Origin: Candidatus Eiseniibacteriota bacterium
Lineage (GTDB): Bacteria; Eisenbacteria; RBG-16-71-46; CAVPCR01
DNA: 64,000 nucleotides
Direction: 5' to 3'
Assembly: GCA_963823555.1 (NCBI GenBank)
Contig: CAWGMA010000004.1
Coordinates: 544,001-608,000, forward strand
In this document: in pieces, positions 30,562 to 39,735 of the stretch
How the letters are laid out: every line of letters begins with the position of its first letter
Position numbering within the stretch: position 1 is the first letter of the stretch
Translations under genes and position numbers: made by a program
Notes under the pieces: model-generated
Database searches by the model: none
What the model was told of the DNA's origin: nothing
The model's input: the letters and a program-made list of their open reading frames with translations, nothing else

Positions 30562-32277
30562 ATGCACTCGGTCCGGCATCTCCCCGGCGAGCTGGCCCCG
30601 CAGGTGGCGGCGGCGCTCGACGCCGGGGAGGTGAACGACATCGGGCGCCGGGTCTGGGCGCGCGATGCCGCCCTGTGGACGGGACGCGACGAGGGCCGCT
30701 GGCTCGGCTGGCTCGACATCGTCGATCACGAGCTGGCGGCGGTCGGCCGGCTCGCCGAGCTCGGCGCCGAGGTCCGGCGGGAAGGATTCCAGGACGCGCT
30801 CCTTCTCGGCATGGGGGGCTCGAGCCTGGGGCCCGATGTGCTGGCCGAGACTCTCGGCGGGGAAGCGGATCATCCTCGCCTCCATGTCCTCGACTCGACC
30901 GATCCCGCTCAGGTGCGCGCCTTCGAGTCGCGCGCCGACCCCGAGCACGCGCTCTACATCGTCGCCAGCAAGTCGGGGACGACGCTCGAGCCCACCCTGT
31001 TTCTCGAGTACTTCCATGCGCGCGCCGTGGAGCAGCTGGGTGAGGACGAGGCCGGGCGGCATTTCATCGCCATCACCGATCCCGGATCCAAGCTCGAGGC
31101 CGAGGCGCGCGCGCTCGACTTCCGCCACGTGCTCCACGGCGTGCCCTCGATCGGGGGGCGTTACTCGGTGCTCTCCCCGTTCGGGATGGTGCCCGCGGCG
31201 ATCATGGGTATCGACCTCCAGCGCTTCCTCGAGCGGACGCAGACCATGGTCCTCGAGTGTGGACCCCAGGTGCCGGTGGAACGGAATCCCGGCGTGGCCC
31301 TCGGCATCACGCTCGGCGTGCTCGCAGCGAACGGGCGCGACAAGGTCACCTTCATCGCTTCGCCCGGCATTCTGAGCCTCGGCGCCTGGCTCGAGCAGCT
31401 TCTCGCCGAGTCCACGGGCAAGGAAGGGAAGGGGCTGATTCCCGTGGATCGCGAGCCTCTGGCCGCGCCCCCGGCTTACGGCGAGGATCGGGTGTTCGTG
31501 TATCTCCGGCATGCGTCGACCGCCGATCGGGCCACCGACGCCGCCGTTCAGGCCCTGGCCGCCGCCGGTCAGGCCGTGATCGAGATCACGATCGAGAACA
31601 ACCTCGACATCGGCCGCGAGTTCTTCCGCTGGGAGATGGCGACAGCGGCCGCGGGCGCGGTGCTCCGGATCAATCCCTTCGACCAGCCCGATGTCGAGGC
31701 GAGCAAGGTCGCCACGCGTGCTCTCACCGCGGAGGCGGAGCAGACGGGATCGCTTCCCGCCGAGGAACCGTTCCTGGTCGAGGGTGGGATCGCGCTCTTT
31801 GCCGATCCACGGAACGCCGGGGAGATCGAGCGCGTCGCCCCCGACCGTTCCCTCGCCGGGTTCCTGCGTGCCCACTTCGATCGACTCGGAGCCGGGGACT
31901 ACGCCGCGTTCCTCGCCTATCTCGAGATGAGCGTGGCGCATGAGACGGAGCTCACCGCGATGCGCACGCTGGTGCGCGATGCGAAGCGCGTGGCCACCTG
32001 TGTCGGCTTCGGGCCGCGCTTCCTCCACTCGACCGGCCAGGCCTACAAGGGCGGCCCGCCGAGCGGCGTCTTCCTCCAGATCACGGCCGACGATGCCGCG
32101 GACCTCCCGGTCCCGGGTCGCAAGACATCCTTCGGCACGGTCAAGGCGGCGCAGGCGCGCGGGGATTTCGCCGTGCTCGCCGATCGCCGCCGCCGGGCGC
32201 TGCGCGTGCATCTCGCGAGCGACGTCGCGACCGGGCTCGAGACCGTGCGGATCGCTCTGGCCCGCGCTCTCGCCTAG
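30562..32277 (+). CDS. pgi: Glucose-6-phosphate isomerase (PGI half of the Tal/Pgi type, with no transaldolase domain)
   Basis: LGMGGSSLG, SKSGTTLE, IGGRYS, EQLLAESTGK, NPFDQPDVE, GPRFLHSTGQ. Confidence 0.85.
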   Translation: MHSVRHLPGELAPQVAAALDAGEVNDIGRRVWARDAALWTGRDEGRWLGWLDIVDHELAAVGRLAELGAEVRREGFQDALLLGMGGSSLGPDVLAETLGGEADHPRLHVLDSTDPAQVRAFESRADPEHALYIVASKSGTTLEPTLFLEYFHARAVEQLGEDEAGRHFIAITDPGSKLEAEARALDFRHVLHGVPSIGGRYSVLSPFGMVPAAIMGIDLQRFLERTQTMVLECGPQVPVERNPGVALGITLGVLAANGRDKVTFIASPGILSLGAWLEQLLAESTGKEGKGLIPVDREPLAAPPAYGEDRVFVYLRHASTADRATDAAVQALAAAGQAVIEITIENNLDIGREFFRWEMATAAAGAVLRINPFDQPDVEASKVATRALTAEAEQTGSLPAEEPFLVEGGIALFADPRNAGEIERVAPDRSLAGFLRAHFDRLGAGDYAAFLAYLEMSVAHETELTAMRTLVRDAKRVATCVGFGPRFLHSTGQAYKGGPPSGVFLQITADDAADLPVPGRKTSFGTVKAAQARGDFAVLADRRRRALRVHLASDVATGLETVRIALARALA

Positions 32278-33314
32278 GCCGTCCCCGTCGCGCGCAACTC
32301 GTCGACCAGAGCGCTGAGCCGCGGGCAGTCGCCGTGCATCCCGAGCACCTGATCGAGATGGGCGAGCGCCTGCGGGATGTACTCGAGGAATCCGGGCCGC
32401 CCCAATCGCCCGCCGAGCTTCCCGTAGGCGCCGAGAGCCTGCATGAGGCGATCGGCTGCATTGGCGAGGAAGCACCGGCGCCATTTCCGATCGTCGTGCC
32501 CCGCGATGTTTTCGAGATAGCGGGCGATCATCTCCTCGCGGACGTTCTCCGGCATGGCAACGTACGGATCGTAGAGCACGGCCGCCAGATCGTACTCCGG
32601 AGGTCCGAGGCGGGCGCCCTGGAAGTCGATGACCACGATCTCTTCCCCGTGGACCATCAAGTTCCGTGACTGGTAGTCGCGGTGCATGAAGTGGTGGTTG
32701 CCGGGCGCTGCGAGCGCCTCCCGCGCCAGCTGTTCGCATTCCGCCGCGATGTCGTCGAAGTCGTGCCTCCGCCCGAGGTGGCTGGTGACCAGCTCGCGGT
32801 GGAAGTAGGCAGCCTCCCATTCGCCGATGAACGCCGAGTCATAGACCGGATTGGGGGTCGCCTCCGGATCGAAGCGCGGGTCGCCGCTCGCGTGCATGAG
32901 AGCGAGGGCGTCGATCGCCTGGCGGTAGAGATCGCGGAGCCGGTGCGTGGCGGCTTGCTCTCGCCATGTTCCGGGCCTGGCCAGGTCGTAGAGCCGCGTG
33001 TCCCCGAGATCCTCGAGGAGGACGAGGCCCGCATCCGGATCCGCGCCGAGGAGCGCGGGCACACGGACGCCGCGCCGCGCGAGGAAGTCCTGCACGGCGA
33101 GGAATCCCTCGTTCTCGTCGGGATGGGAGCGATCGGTGGGGAGGGGATTGGCGGCGAGGATGGCGCTGTGTCCGCCGCTCTGGACCCGGTAGATCCGGCG
33201 ATTCGAGCCGTCGCCGGCGAGCGGTGTGATCTCGATCTTCCCGGCCGCGCGCATGGGTGCGGGGAGGGTGCGGACCGCGAAATCGAGGAGCCTCTCCGGC
33301 GATGGCTCATGCAT
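32274..33314 (-). CDS. amgK: AmgK-like MurNAc/GlcNAc anomeric kinase (APH family)
   Basis: LAGDGSNRRIYR, EDLGD, HRDYQSRNLM, IDFQGA, QALGAYG; adjacent to a murU-like gene. Confidence 0.8.
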   Translation of the reverse strand: MHEPSPERLLDFAVRTLPAPMRAAGKIEITPLAGDGSNRRIYRVQSGGHSAILAANPLPTDRSHPDENEGFLAVQDFLARRGVRVPALLGADPDAGLVLLEDLGDTRLYDLARPGTWREQAATHRLRDLYRQAIDALALMHASGDPRFDPEATPNPVYDSAFIGEWEAAYFHRELVTSHLGRRHDFDDIAAECEQLAREALAAPGNHHFMHRDYQSRNLMVHGEEIVVIDFQGARLGPPEYDLAAVLYDPYVAMPENVREEMIARYLENIAGHDDRKWRRCFLANAADRLMQALGAYGKLGGRLGRPGFLEYIPQALAHLDQVLGMHGDCPRLSALVDELRATGTA

Positions 33315-34272
33315 CGGGAGACCCGCCTGGACCGATCCGGCCGGGGATGGGAGCGGAGCCCGCCCTCGTCAGGAGCACGTGGTGGAGATCGGCCGTGACC
33401 GTCATCTCCGGTCCAACGATCGAGTCCAGGACCGTGACTCCGGGCCCGATCCTCGTGCCCGCCATGACGATGCTCCGCCGGATGCGAGCGCCGGCGCCGA
33501 TCGTGCACGACGGATCGCACCAGCCGAACTCCTCCACTTCGTGCCCGCCGGTGGCCGGGGGGCGGCGGTCGCGGAGGATGCGATGGGCTTCGAGGTAGGC
33601 GGCGGGCGTTCCGATGTCGAGAAAGGGGAGGTCTCCTCGCGGCGACCACACCCAAGCCCCGAGCGCGCCCTCGCGAATGAGCTCCTTGTAGGTATCCGTG
33701 ATGCCGTGAAATCGGCCCCGGGGCAGGCGCGTGACGAGCGCCGGAGACACCGCGTGCAAACCGGTAAAGGTGAGGGCCCGGCCCGGCTCCGGCTGCGCCA
33801 GGATCGCGCTCACGCGGTTCCCCTCGACGGCCACATTGGGATTCACCGCGGACTCGGTCAGCACGAGCGTGGCGAGGAAGCCTCCATGCCGGTGGGTGCC
33901 GACGACCTCCGCGATCGGCAGCGCCATGAGCGCATCCGAGTTGACGATGACGACGGGATCACTCTCGAGATGGAGAGCCGCCTTGGCGATGGCGCCACCA
34001 GTGCCCAGGATCTCGGGCTCGTGTGAGATGACGATGCGCTCTCGCTCCGGGTGGCGATCGATGTGCGCTGCGATCTGCTCCGCCAGGTGATGCGTATTGA
34101 TGACGACGCGGCGCACCTGGGCCGCCCCGTCCCCAGCGAACAGATTCCGGAGATGGAGATCGAGGATCGGGGTGCCGTAGATCGGCAAGAGAGCCTTTGG
34201 AATCTCCGCGGTGAGCGGTCGCATCCGGGTGCCGAGGCCGGCCGCCAGGAGGAGGACGTCGATCTCAATCAT
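33307..34272 (-). CDS. murU: MurU-like nucleotidyltransferase
   Basis: LAAGLGTRMRPLT..PK, INTHHL, EILGTGG, NSD, DIGTP. Confidence 0.72.
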   Translation of the reverse strand: MIEIDVLLLAAGLGTRMRPLTAEIPKALLPIYGTPILDLHLRNLFAGDGAAQVRRVVINTHHLAEQIAAHIDRHPERERIVISHEPEILGTGGAIAKAALHLESDPVVIVNSDALMALPIAEVVGTHRHGGFLATLVLTESAVNPNVAVEGNRVSAILAQPEPGRALTFTGLHAVSPALVTRLPRGRFHGITDTYKELIREGALGAWVWSPRGDLPFLDIGTPAAYLEAHRILRDRRPPATGGHEVEEFGWCDPSCTIGAGARIRRSIVMAGTRIGPGVTVLDSIVGPEMTVTADLHHVLLTRAGSAPIPGRIGPGGSPDA

Positions 34273-35533
34273 CGTAGATGAGGAGCGGAGCGACCCGCTC
34301 GCCGAAGGCATCCACGTCCGCCGCCCACGAGGCCGCGATGTCGGCGGTCCGGGCGCCGCTTTCGATGGCGCGGCGGATCCGGTCCGTGCCGTAGAGGAGG
34401 TCGATCGCCAGCCGCTCGTGCTCGTACTCGTAGGGCTCGCGGCGCCAGTCGAAATCGGCGCTCAGGCGCGCCGCGGCGATCAGCGCCGTCGTCAGTCGAA
34501 CCGGCTCGAACCGGACTCGCTCGAGAACATGGATCTGGAAGCCCCGGCAGAGTCTGCCCGCGTGCTTCTGGAAGGTCGGTTCGAAGGCGACCTCGCGGAG
34601 CACCACCCCGGCCAGATCCTCATCGGTCAGAACTGCCTTCAAGGCGCGGAGATCGAGGTAAGGCGCGCCGAAGATCTCGAACGGGCGCGTGGTGCCGCGA
34701 CCCTCGGATAGATTCGTGCCCTCGAGGAGGACCTGCCCCGGATAGACGACGGCGGTCGTGACGTCGGGCATGTTGGGCGAGGGCATGGTCCAGGGCAGCG
34801 CGGCCTCGTCGAAGTAGCTCGTGCGCCGCCACCCGGACATCGGCACCACGGTCAGCGGCTCGGCGATCGAGATGGCGCCGGCCGCGTGGGGCATGGCGCG
34901 GGCCGTCGACGTCACGCGCCGCGCCGCGGCTTCGTCGATCGCCCCCAGACGCCATGCGCCATAGAGGCAGTACTCGGCGGCCGTGAGCCCGTGGCGCAGC
35001 GGGACATCGACGATGCCGACGAACGAGGCGTAGGCCGGCTCGAGGATCGGTCCTTCCATCGCGCCGCCGATCGGATTGGGGCGATCCAGGATGACGACCG
35101 GAATGCCGCGCCCGAGCGCTGCGCCGAGGGCCATGAGGGCGGTGACCAGAAAGGTATAGACGCGGGTTCCCACATCCTGGAGGTCGATGGCCAGGATATC
35201 GATGCCGTCGAGCATCTCGGGCGTCGGCTCCCGCCGCTCGGCGTAGAGGCTCCAGATCGGGATCCCGAGGACCGAGTGGGATCCGTGACCCGACTCGACC
35301 ATGTTGTCCTGCTTCTCCGCGGCGAACCCGTGCTGGGGGGAGAGAAGACGATCGAGATGAACACCGGGGACTCGCGCCACGGCCTCGGCGCTGGGCACCC
35401 ACCCGGCACTGACCGTGGTGCCATTGGCGAGCAAGGCGATGCGCGCCTTCCCGGGGAGTTCGACTCCGCTCTCGATCAAGCGATCGAGTCCGGTCCGGAC
35501 TCGATCCCGCGGATGACGGGCGCGTTGATTCAC
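34265..35533 (-). CDS. namZ: Exo-beta-N-acetylmuramidase NamZ (DUF1343) family
   Basis: SPQHG, DLQDVGTRVYT, LDRPNPIGG, RHGLT, PSPNMP, EGTNLSEGRGTTRPFE. Confidence 0.85.
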   Translation of the reverse strand: MNQRARHPRDRVRTGLDRLIESGVELPGKARIALLANGTTVSAGWVPSAEAVARVPGVHLDRLLSPQHGFAAEKQDNMVESGHGSHSVLGIPIWSLYAERREPTPEMLDGIDILAIDLQDVGTRVYTFLVTALMALGAALGRGIPVVILDRPNPIGGAMEGPILEPAYASFVGIVDVPLRHGLTAAEYCLYGAWRLGAIDEAAARRVTSTARAMPHAAGAISIAEPLTVVPMSGWRRTSYFDEAALPWTMPSPNMPDVTTAVVYPGQVLLEGTNLSEGRGTTRPFEIFGAPYLDLRALKAVLTDEDLAGVVLREVAFEPTFQKHAGRLCRGFQIHVLERVRFEPVRLTTALIAAARLSADFDWRREPYEYEHERLAIDLLYGTDRIRRAIESGARTADIAASWAADVDAFGERVAPLLIYDD

Positions 35534-35723
35534 GGTTGCCCTCGTTTCGTCAGCCTCCTGCCTGGATGGCGCGGCGGCGAGCGCAGTGTGCCGACAGGAG
35601 GAGGCGTCGGTCAAGGGCTGGCGCGGGCGCTCGCGGCGACCGGCGGAGCTTGACAAGCACCGTCCGGGCCGTAGGCTTGCCGGAAATCACCCGCCAGGCG
35701 ATGCCGGCAAAGGAGACACAGTC

Positions 35724-36740
35724 ATGCAGGTTGGAATGATCGGGCTCGGGCGCATGGGGGCGAACATGGTGCGCCGCTTGATGCGGGACGGCCACCGGTG
35801 CGTCGTCTATGCCCGTTCCGCCGACACGGTCGCGGGAATGGTCAAGGAGGGAGCGCGGGGCTCGAAGTCGGTCGCCGATCTGGTCGCGAAGCTCGAACAC
35901 CCCCGTGTCGTTTGGATGATGATCCCCGCTGCCGCCGTGGACTCGATGATCACCGAGATCGTCCCCCATCTCGAGCGCGGGGACATCCTCATCGATGGCG
36001 GAAACTCCCACTATCGCGATGACATCAGCCGGGCGAAGGAACTCGCTGGCGCTGGCGTCCACTATGTCGATGTTGGCACCTCGGGGGGCGTCTGGGGCCT
36101 CGAGCGCGGCTACTGCCTGATGATCGGGGGTGAGGCGGTGGCGGTGCGCCATCTCGACCCGATCTGCAAGGCTCTGGCTCCGCCCGTCGAATCGGCTCCG
36201 CGGACTCCGGGCCGCGAGCGGTTGGGAGGTTCTGCCGAGCACGGCTATCTCCACTGCGGCGGGCATGGCGCCGGTCATTTCGTCAAGATGGTGCACAACG
36301 GGATCGAGTATGGCGTGATGGCGGCATATGCCGAAGGACTGAACATCCTGCATCATGCCAACATCGGCAAGGGGGAGCACGCGGTGGATGCCGAGACCGC
36401 GCCGCTCCGCGATCCGGAAGCCTACCGCTATGATTTCAACATCGCCGACATTGCCGAGCTCTGGCGGCGGGGGAGCGTGATCGCCTCGTGGCTCCTGGAT
36501 CTCACTGCCAAGGCATTCCTCGATAGTCCCGATCTCGGAGACTTCTCCGGGCGTGTCTCCGATTCCGGGGAGGGGCGGTGGACGATCGCCGCCGCCGTCG
36601 ACGAGGGCGTGCCGGCCCCTGTCCTGACCGCCGCCCTCTTCGAGCGCTTCAGCTCCCGGGACCGGGCGGAGTTCGCCAACAGGGTGCTCTCGGCCATGCG
36701 TTTCCAGTTCGGCGGTCACATGGAGAAGAAGGCGGATTGA
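35724..36740 (+). CDS. gnd: 6-phosphogluconate dehydrogenase, decarboxylating (short type)
   Basis: GLGRMG, IDGGNS, DVGTSGG, GHFVKMVHNGIEYG, DSGEGRW, MRFQFGGH; RBS AAGGAG. Confidence 0.95.
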   Translation: MQVGMIGLGRMGANMVRRLMRDGHRCVVYARSADTVAGMVKEGARGSKSVADLVAKLEHPRVVWMMIPAAAVDSMITEIVPHLERGDILIDGGNSHYRDDISRAKELAGAGVHYVDVGTSGGVWGLERGYCLMIGGEAVAVRHLDPICKALAPPVESAPRTPGRERLGGSAEHGYLHCGGHGAGHFVKMVHNGIEYGVMAAYAEGLNILHHANIGKGEHAVDAETAPLRDPEAYRYDFNIADIAELWRRGSVIASWLLDLTAKAFLDSPDLGDFSGRVSDSGEGRWTIAAAVDEGVPAPVLTAALFERFSSRDRAEFANRVLSAMRFQFGGHMEKKAD

Positions 36741-37522
36741 GATCGGAAGGGCGGAGTTTCCCCGGCGGTTCGGGGCGGCTCGAGATCGGTGCGGATCCGG
36801 CCGCCGTGAGCGCGCGAGCAGCCGATCTTCTGGCCGGGCTCGCCCGCGACCGGGCGGCTGCGAGCGGGCGCTTCACCGTGGTCCTCGCCGGCGGCTCGAC
36901 GCCCAGGGGGCTCTACCAGCTGCTCGCGATGTCCCCGTACCGCGATCGAGTACCCTGGGCTCGATGTCAGCTCTTCTTCAGCGATGAGCGCTGTGTTCCG
37001 CCCGATCATCCGGATTCGAACTACCGTATGGTGAGGGAAGCTCTCCTCGATCGAGTGTCGATCCCGCCGGATAACGTCCACCGGATGGCGGGGGAGGAGG
37101 CCGATCCGGAGCGGGCAGCAGCGTCCTATGAAGGGGCGCTGCGTCGGGTCCTTGGGCTTGCGCCTGACGAGTGGCCGCGATTCGACCTCGTGCTGCTCGG
37201 CCTGGGCGCCGATGGTCACACGGCCTCGCTCTTCCCCGGAGCGGCGGCGCTCGCCGAGCGCCGTCGGCTGGCGATCGCCACGTTCAGCGAGTCGTTTGGG
37301 GAGCACCGGCTCACGCTTACCGTGCCCGTGCTGAATGCGGCCGCTCAAGCGGTCTTTCTCGTGACCGGCGCGGCCAAGGCGGCGGCGCTCGCGGCCGTCC
37401 TCGCCGGGGCTCGTGACCCCGGTCGCTGGCCGGCGCAGCTCATCGACCCGGAGCCGGGCGATCTGCTCTTTCTCGCGGATCGAGCGGCGGCAGGCTCCCT
37501 CCGGCCCGAGCAAAGACCTTGA
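36737..37522 (+). CDS. pgl: 6-phosphogluconolactonase
   Basis: LAGGSTP, DERCVP...SNY, FDLVLLGLGADGHTASLFP; TTG start overlapping the gnd stop (start inferred). Confidence 0.9.
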   Translation: MRSEGRSFPGGSGRLEIGADPAAVSARAADLLAGLARDRAAASGRFTVVLAGGSTPRGLYQLLAMSPYRDRVPWARCQLFFSDERCVPPDHPDSNYRMVREALLDRVSIPPDNVHRMAGEEADPERAAASYEGALRRVLGLAPDEWPRFDLVLLGLGADGHTASLFPGAAALAERRRLAIATFSESFGEHRLTLTVPVLNAAAQAVFLVTGAAKAAALAAVLAGARDPGRWPAQLIDPEPGDLLFLADRAAAGSLRPEQRP

Positions 37523-37606
37523 TGCCCCGGCCCGGCGTGCTAAGCTCCCGGCCGCTTGCTCGTTTGCGCTCCGGCGCTTTGTAGCACAGGGTTTCATGGA
37601 GGAGTC

Positions 37607-38254
37607 ATGCGCCAGTTCGTGCTCGTCACCACATTCGCCTTGATCTCCGCCTCTGCCGCCTTCGCACAGACCGGCTTCGAGATCTCGGCCGGTATCGGTT
37701 ACACCCTGAGCGAAGGCGTCGATGTGAACGATATCGAGGGTCCGGATGGCCTGATCTACAACAAGGTCGATCCGGAGAGCGGTTTTTCCTACAACGTCGG
37801 GTTCGGGATCCAGCCCAATCACATGCTCGAGATCGGGTTTCTGATGGCTTCCGAGCTCAGCAATCTGAAGGTCTCCGGACCTCGCGGTTCCAAGGAGTCG
37901 GTGGATCTGACCCTCAACAACTACCACGGCTATTTCGCGTACAACTTCGGTTATCCCGGGGCTCAGATTCGCCCCTTCTTCCTCTTCGGTCTGGGTGCCA
38001 CCCACTACATCACCGGCGAATACGATGGCACCGCAGTCGACAACTCGACGCGGTTCTCCACCACCTGGGCGGGCGGCGTGAAGTGGTACTCGAAGGGCCC
38101 GCTGGGCGCTCGCTTCATGGGACGCTGGACCCCGACCTACATCAAGACCGATGAATACGGCTGGTGGTGCGACTACTGGGGTTGCTATGTCGTCGGCAAT
38201 GCCGAGTATTCGCACCAGTTCGAGATGAGCGCGGCGGCGCTCTATCGCTTCTAG
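37607..38254 (+). CDS. Outer-membrane beta-barrel protein, copy 1 (215 aa)
   Basis: Signal peptide, alternating beta-strands, C-terminal LYRF; RBS GGAGGAG. Confidence 0.85.
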   Translation: MRQFVLVTTFALISASAAFAQTGFEISAGIGYTLSEGVDVNDIEGPDGLIYNKVDPESGFSYNVGFGIQPNHMLEIGFLMASELSNLKVSGPRGSKESVDLTLNNYHGYFAYNFGYPGAQIRPFFLFGLGATHYITGEYDGTAVDNSTRFSTTWAGGVKWYSKGPLGARFMGRWTPTYIKTDEYGWWCDYWGCYVVGNAEYSHQFEMSAAALYRF

Positions 38255-38871
38255 GCTTCTCCCGGCGGCGAACCGCCGCCAGGGAGCGGGACAGGCCATC
38301 CTGGGTGTCAGTCTTTGATGGAGGAGTCATGCGTTCATTGGTTCTTGCCTCAGCACTTCTTGCTCTCTCAGCCACGGCCGCCCTGGCTCAGCCCGCCGTC
38401 GAGATCTCAGCTGGCATCGGATACACCTTGAGCGAGGGGGTCGAGTTCGACACGATCGTGATCAATGACATCGCCTACGATGAGATCGATCCAGAGAGCG
38501 GTTTTTCTTACAACGTCGGCGTCGGGGTGATGCCCAATCCCTTGTTCGAGTTCGGATTCTTGATGTCCTCCCAATTCAGCAAGGTGATCGTCTCCGGACC
38601 CCGCACCGAGATGGACGGGGTCGATCTGACCCTCAACAACTACCACGGCTACTTCGCGTACAACTTCGGTTATCCCGGGGCTCAGATTCGCCCCTTCTTC
38701 CTCTTCGGGCTGGGGGCGACCCACTACATCACGGGTGACTTTGATGGGGTGGAAGTCGACAACTCGACGCGGTTCTCCACCACCTGGGCGGGCGGCGTGA
38801 AGTGGTACTCGAAGGGCCCGCTGGGCGCTCGCTTCATGGGACGCTGGACCCCGACCTACATCAAGACCGAT
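38035..38871 (+). repeat. 118-bp perfect direct repeat (38035-38152 and 38754-38871) within a tandem gene duplication
   Basis: AGTCGACAACTCGACGCGG...TACATCAAGACCGAT is identical in both paralogs, offset 719 bp. Confidence 0.9.
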
Positions 38872-38976
38872 TCTGACGGCTGGTGGTGCGATCCTTACTG
38901 GGGATGCTATGTCGTCGGCAACGCCGAGTACTCCCACCAGTTCGAGATGAGCGCGGCGGCTCTCTATCGTTTCTAG
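38329..38976 (+). CDS. Outer-membrane beta-barrel protein, copy 2 (215 aa)
   Basis: Paralog of 37607-38254 with the same ATGGAGGAGTCATGCG start context and terminal LYRF. Confidence 0.85.
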   Translation: MRSLVLASALLALSATAALAQPAVEISAGIGYTLSEGVEFDTIVINDIAYDEIDPESGFSYNVGVGVMPNPLFEFGFLMSSQFSKVIVSGPRTEMDGVDLTLNNYHGYFAYNFGYPGAQIRPFFLFGLGATHYITGDFDGVEVDNSTRFSTTWAGGVKWYSKGPLGARFMGRWTPTYIKTDSDGWWCDPYWGCYVVGNAEYSHQFEMSAAALYRF

Positions 38977-39070
38977 ACCGATCCGGACGACCGATCACGG
39001 CCGGCGAGGCAAATCATCCTGAACCCGGCACAAGGGCGAGCGGAGCGTTTCCCGTGGCGAGAGGCTCACC

Positions 39071-39735
39071 ATGGGGTAACGCTCCTTCTCTTTGCTCTCT
39101 CCCTGGGGTCACTCCCCGCGGCATCGGCCGCGGAGTCGAGTTCACCGTCCTGGCTCGGGTCCGCGGGTGGCGCCGAGGTCACGCTCTCCTCCGGCTACCA
39201 GTTCGGCGGCGGGTTCGATGCCGATGTCGGAAAGCTCGAGATCGAACCGGCGGCCAACTTCGGGATCACGATCGGCTACGCGAATCCCGCCCGGCCCACG
39301 CTCCATGGCGAGTTCGCCTACTCCCGCCAGCGGGCGCCGACGAATCTCCGCGAGTCCCCCGTCGGGTCGCCGGAGTACCTCTTCGACCTCGACATGCACT
39401 ACTTCCTGCTCGGCGCGATCTACGGATTCCCGCTCTCGGCGCGCGCGGTTCCCTTCGCCGGGATCTACCTGGGAGTGGCAACCGCGGACCCGGTCGGTGA
39501 CCGCTACGCGACGGAGACCTTCTTCGCCTTCTCCCTGGCCGGCGGCATGAAGGCCTATCTCAGCGAGCGCTACGGGATCCGCGGTCAGGCGCGGCTCCTG
39601 GCGCCGGTGGAGTTCACGAGCGGCAGCCTCTTTTGCACGGGCGGGGCCAGCGGGGGCAGGTGTGCGGTGAGCGTCTCCGGCGGCTCCGTCATCTGGCAGG
39701 GTGACGTGTCAGCGGGAGTGTTCGTTCACTTCTGA
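39071..39735 (+). CDS. Third, divergent outer-membrane beta-barrel protein; start disrupted by a probable missing G at 39073-39076
   Basis: Frame reads VTLLLFALSLGSLPAASAAE...EVTLSSGYQFGG...CTGGASGGRC...GVFVHF. ATG 39071 has an RBS (GAGAGG) but is out of frame by one base. Confidence 0.7.

Noticed and set aside
38974..38976. TAG read-through or pyrrolysine fusing barrel 2 to barrel 3
   Set aside because: Barrel 2 ends in a proper terminal Phe like its paralog, and barrel 3 has its own signal-like segment. The shared frame can be chance.
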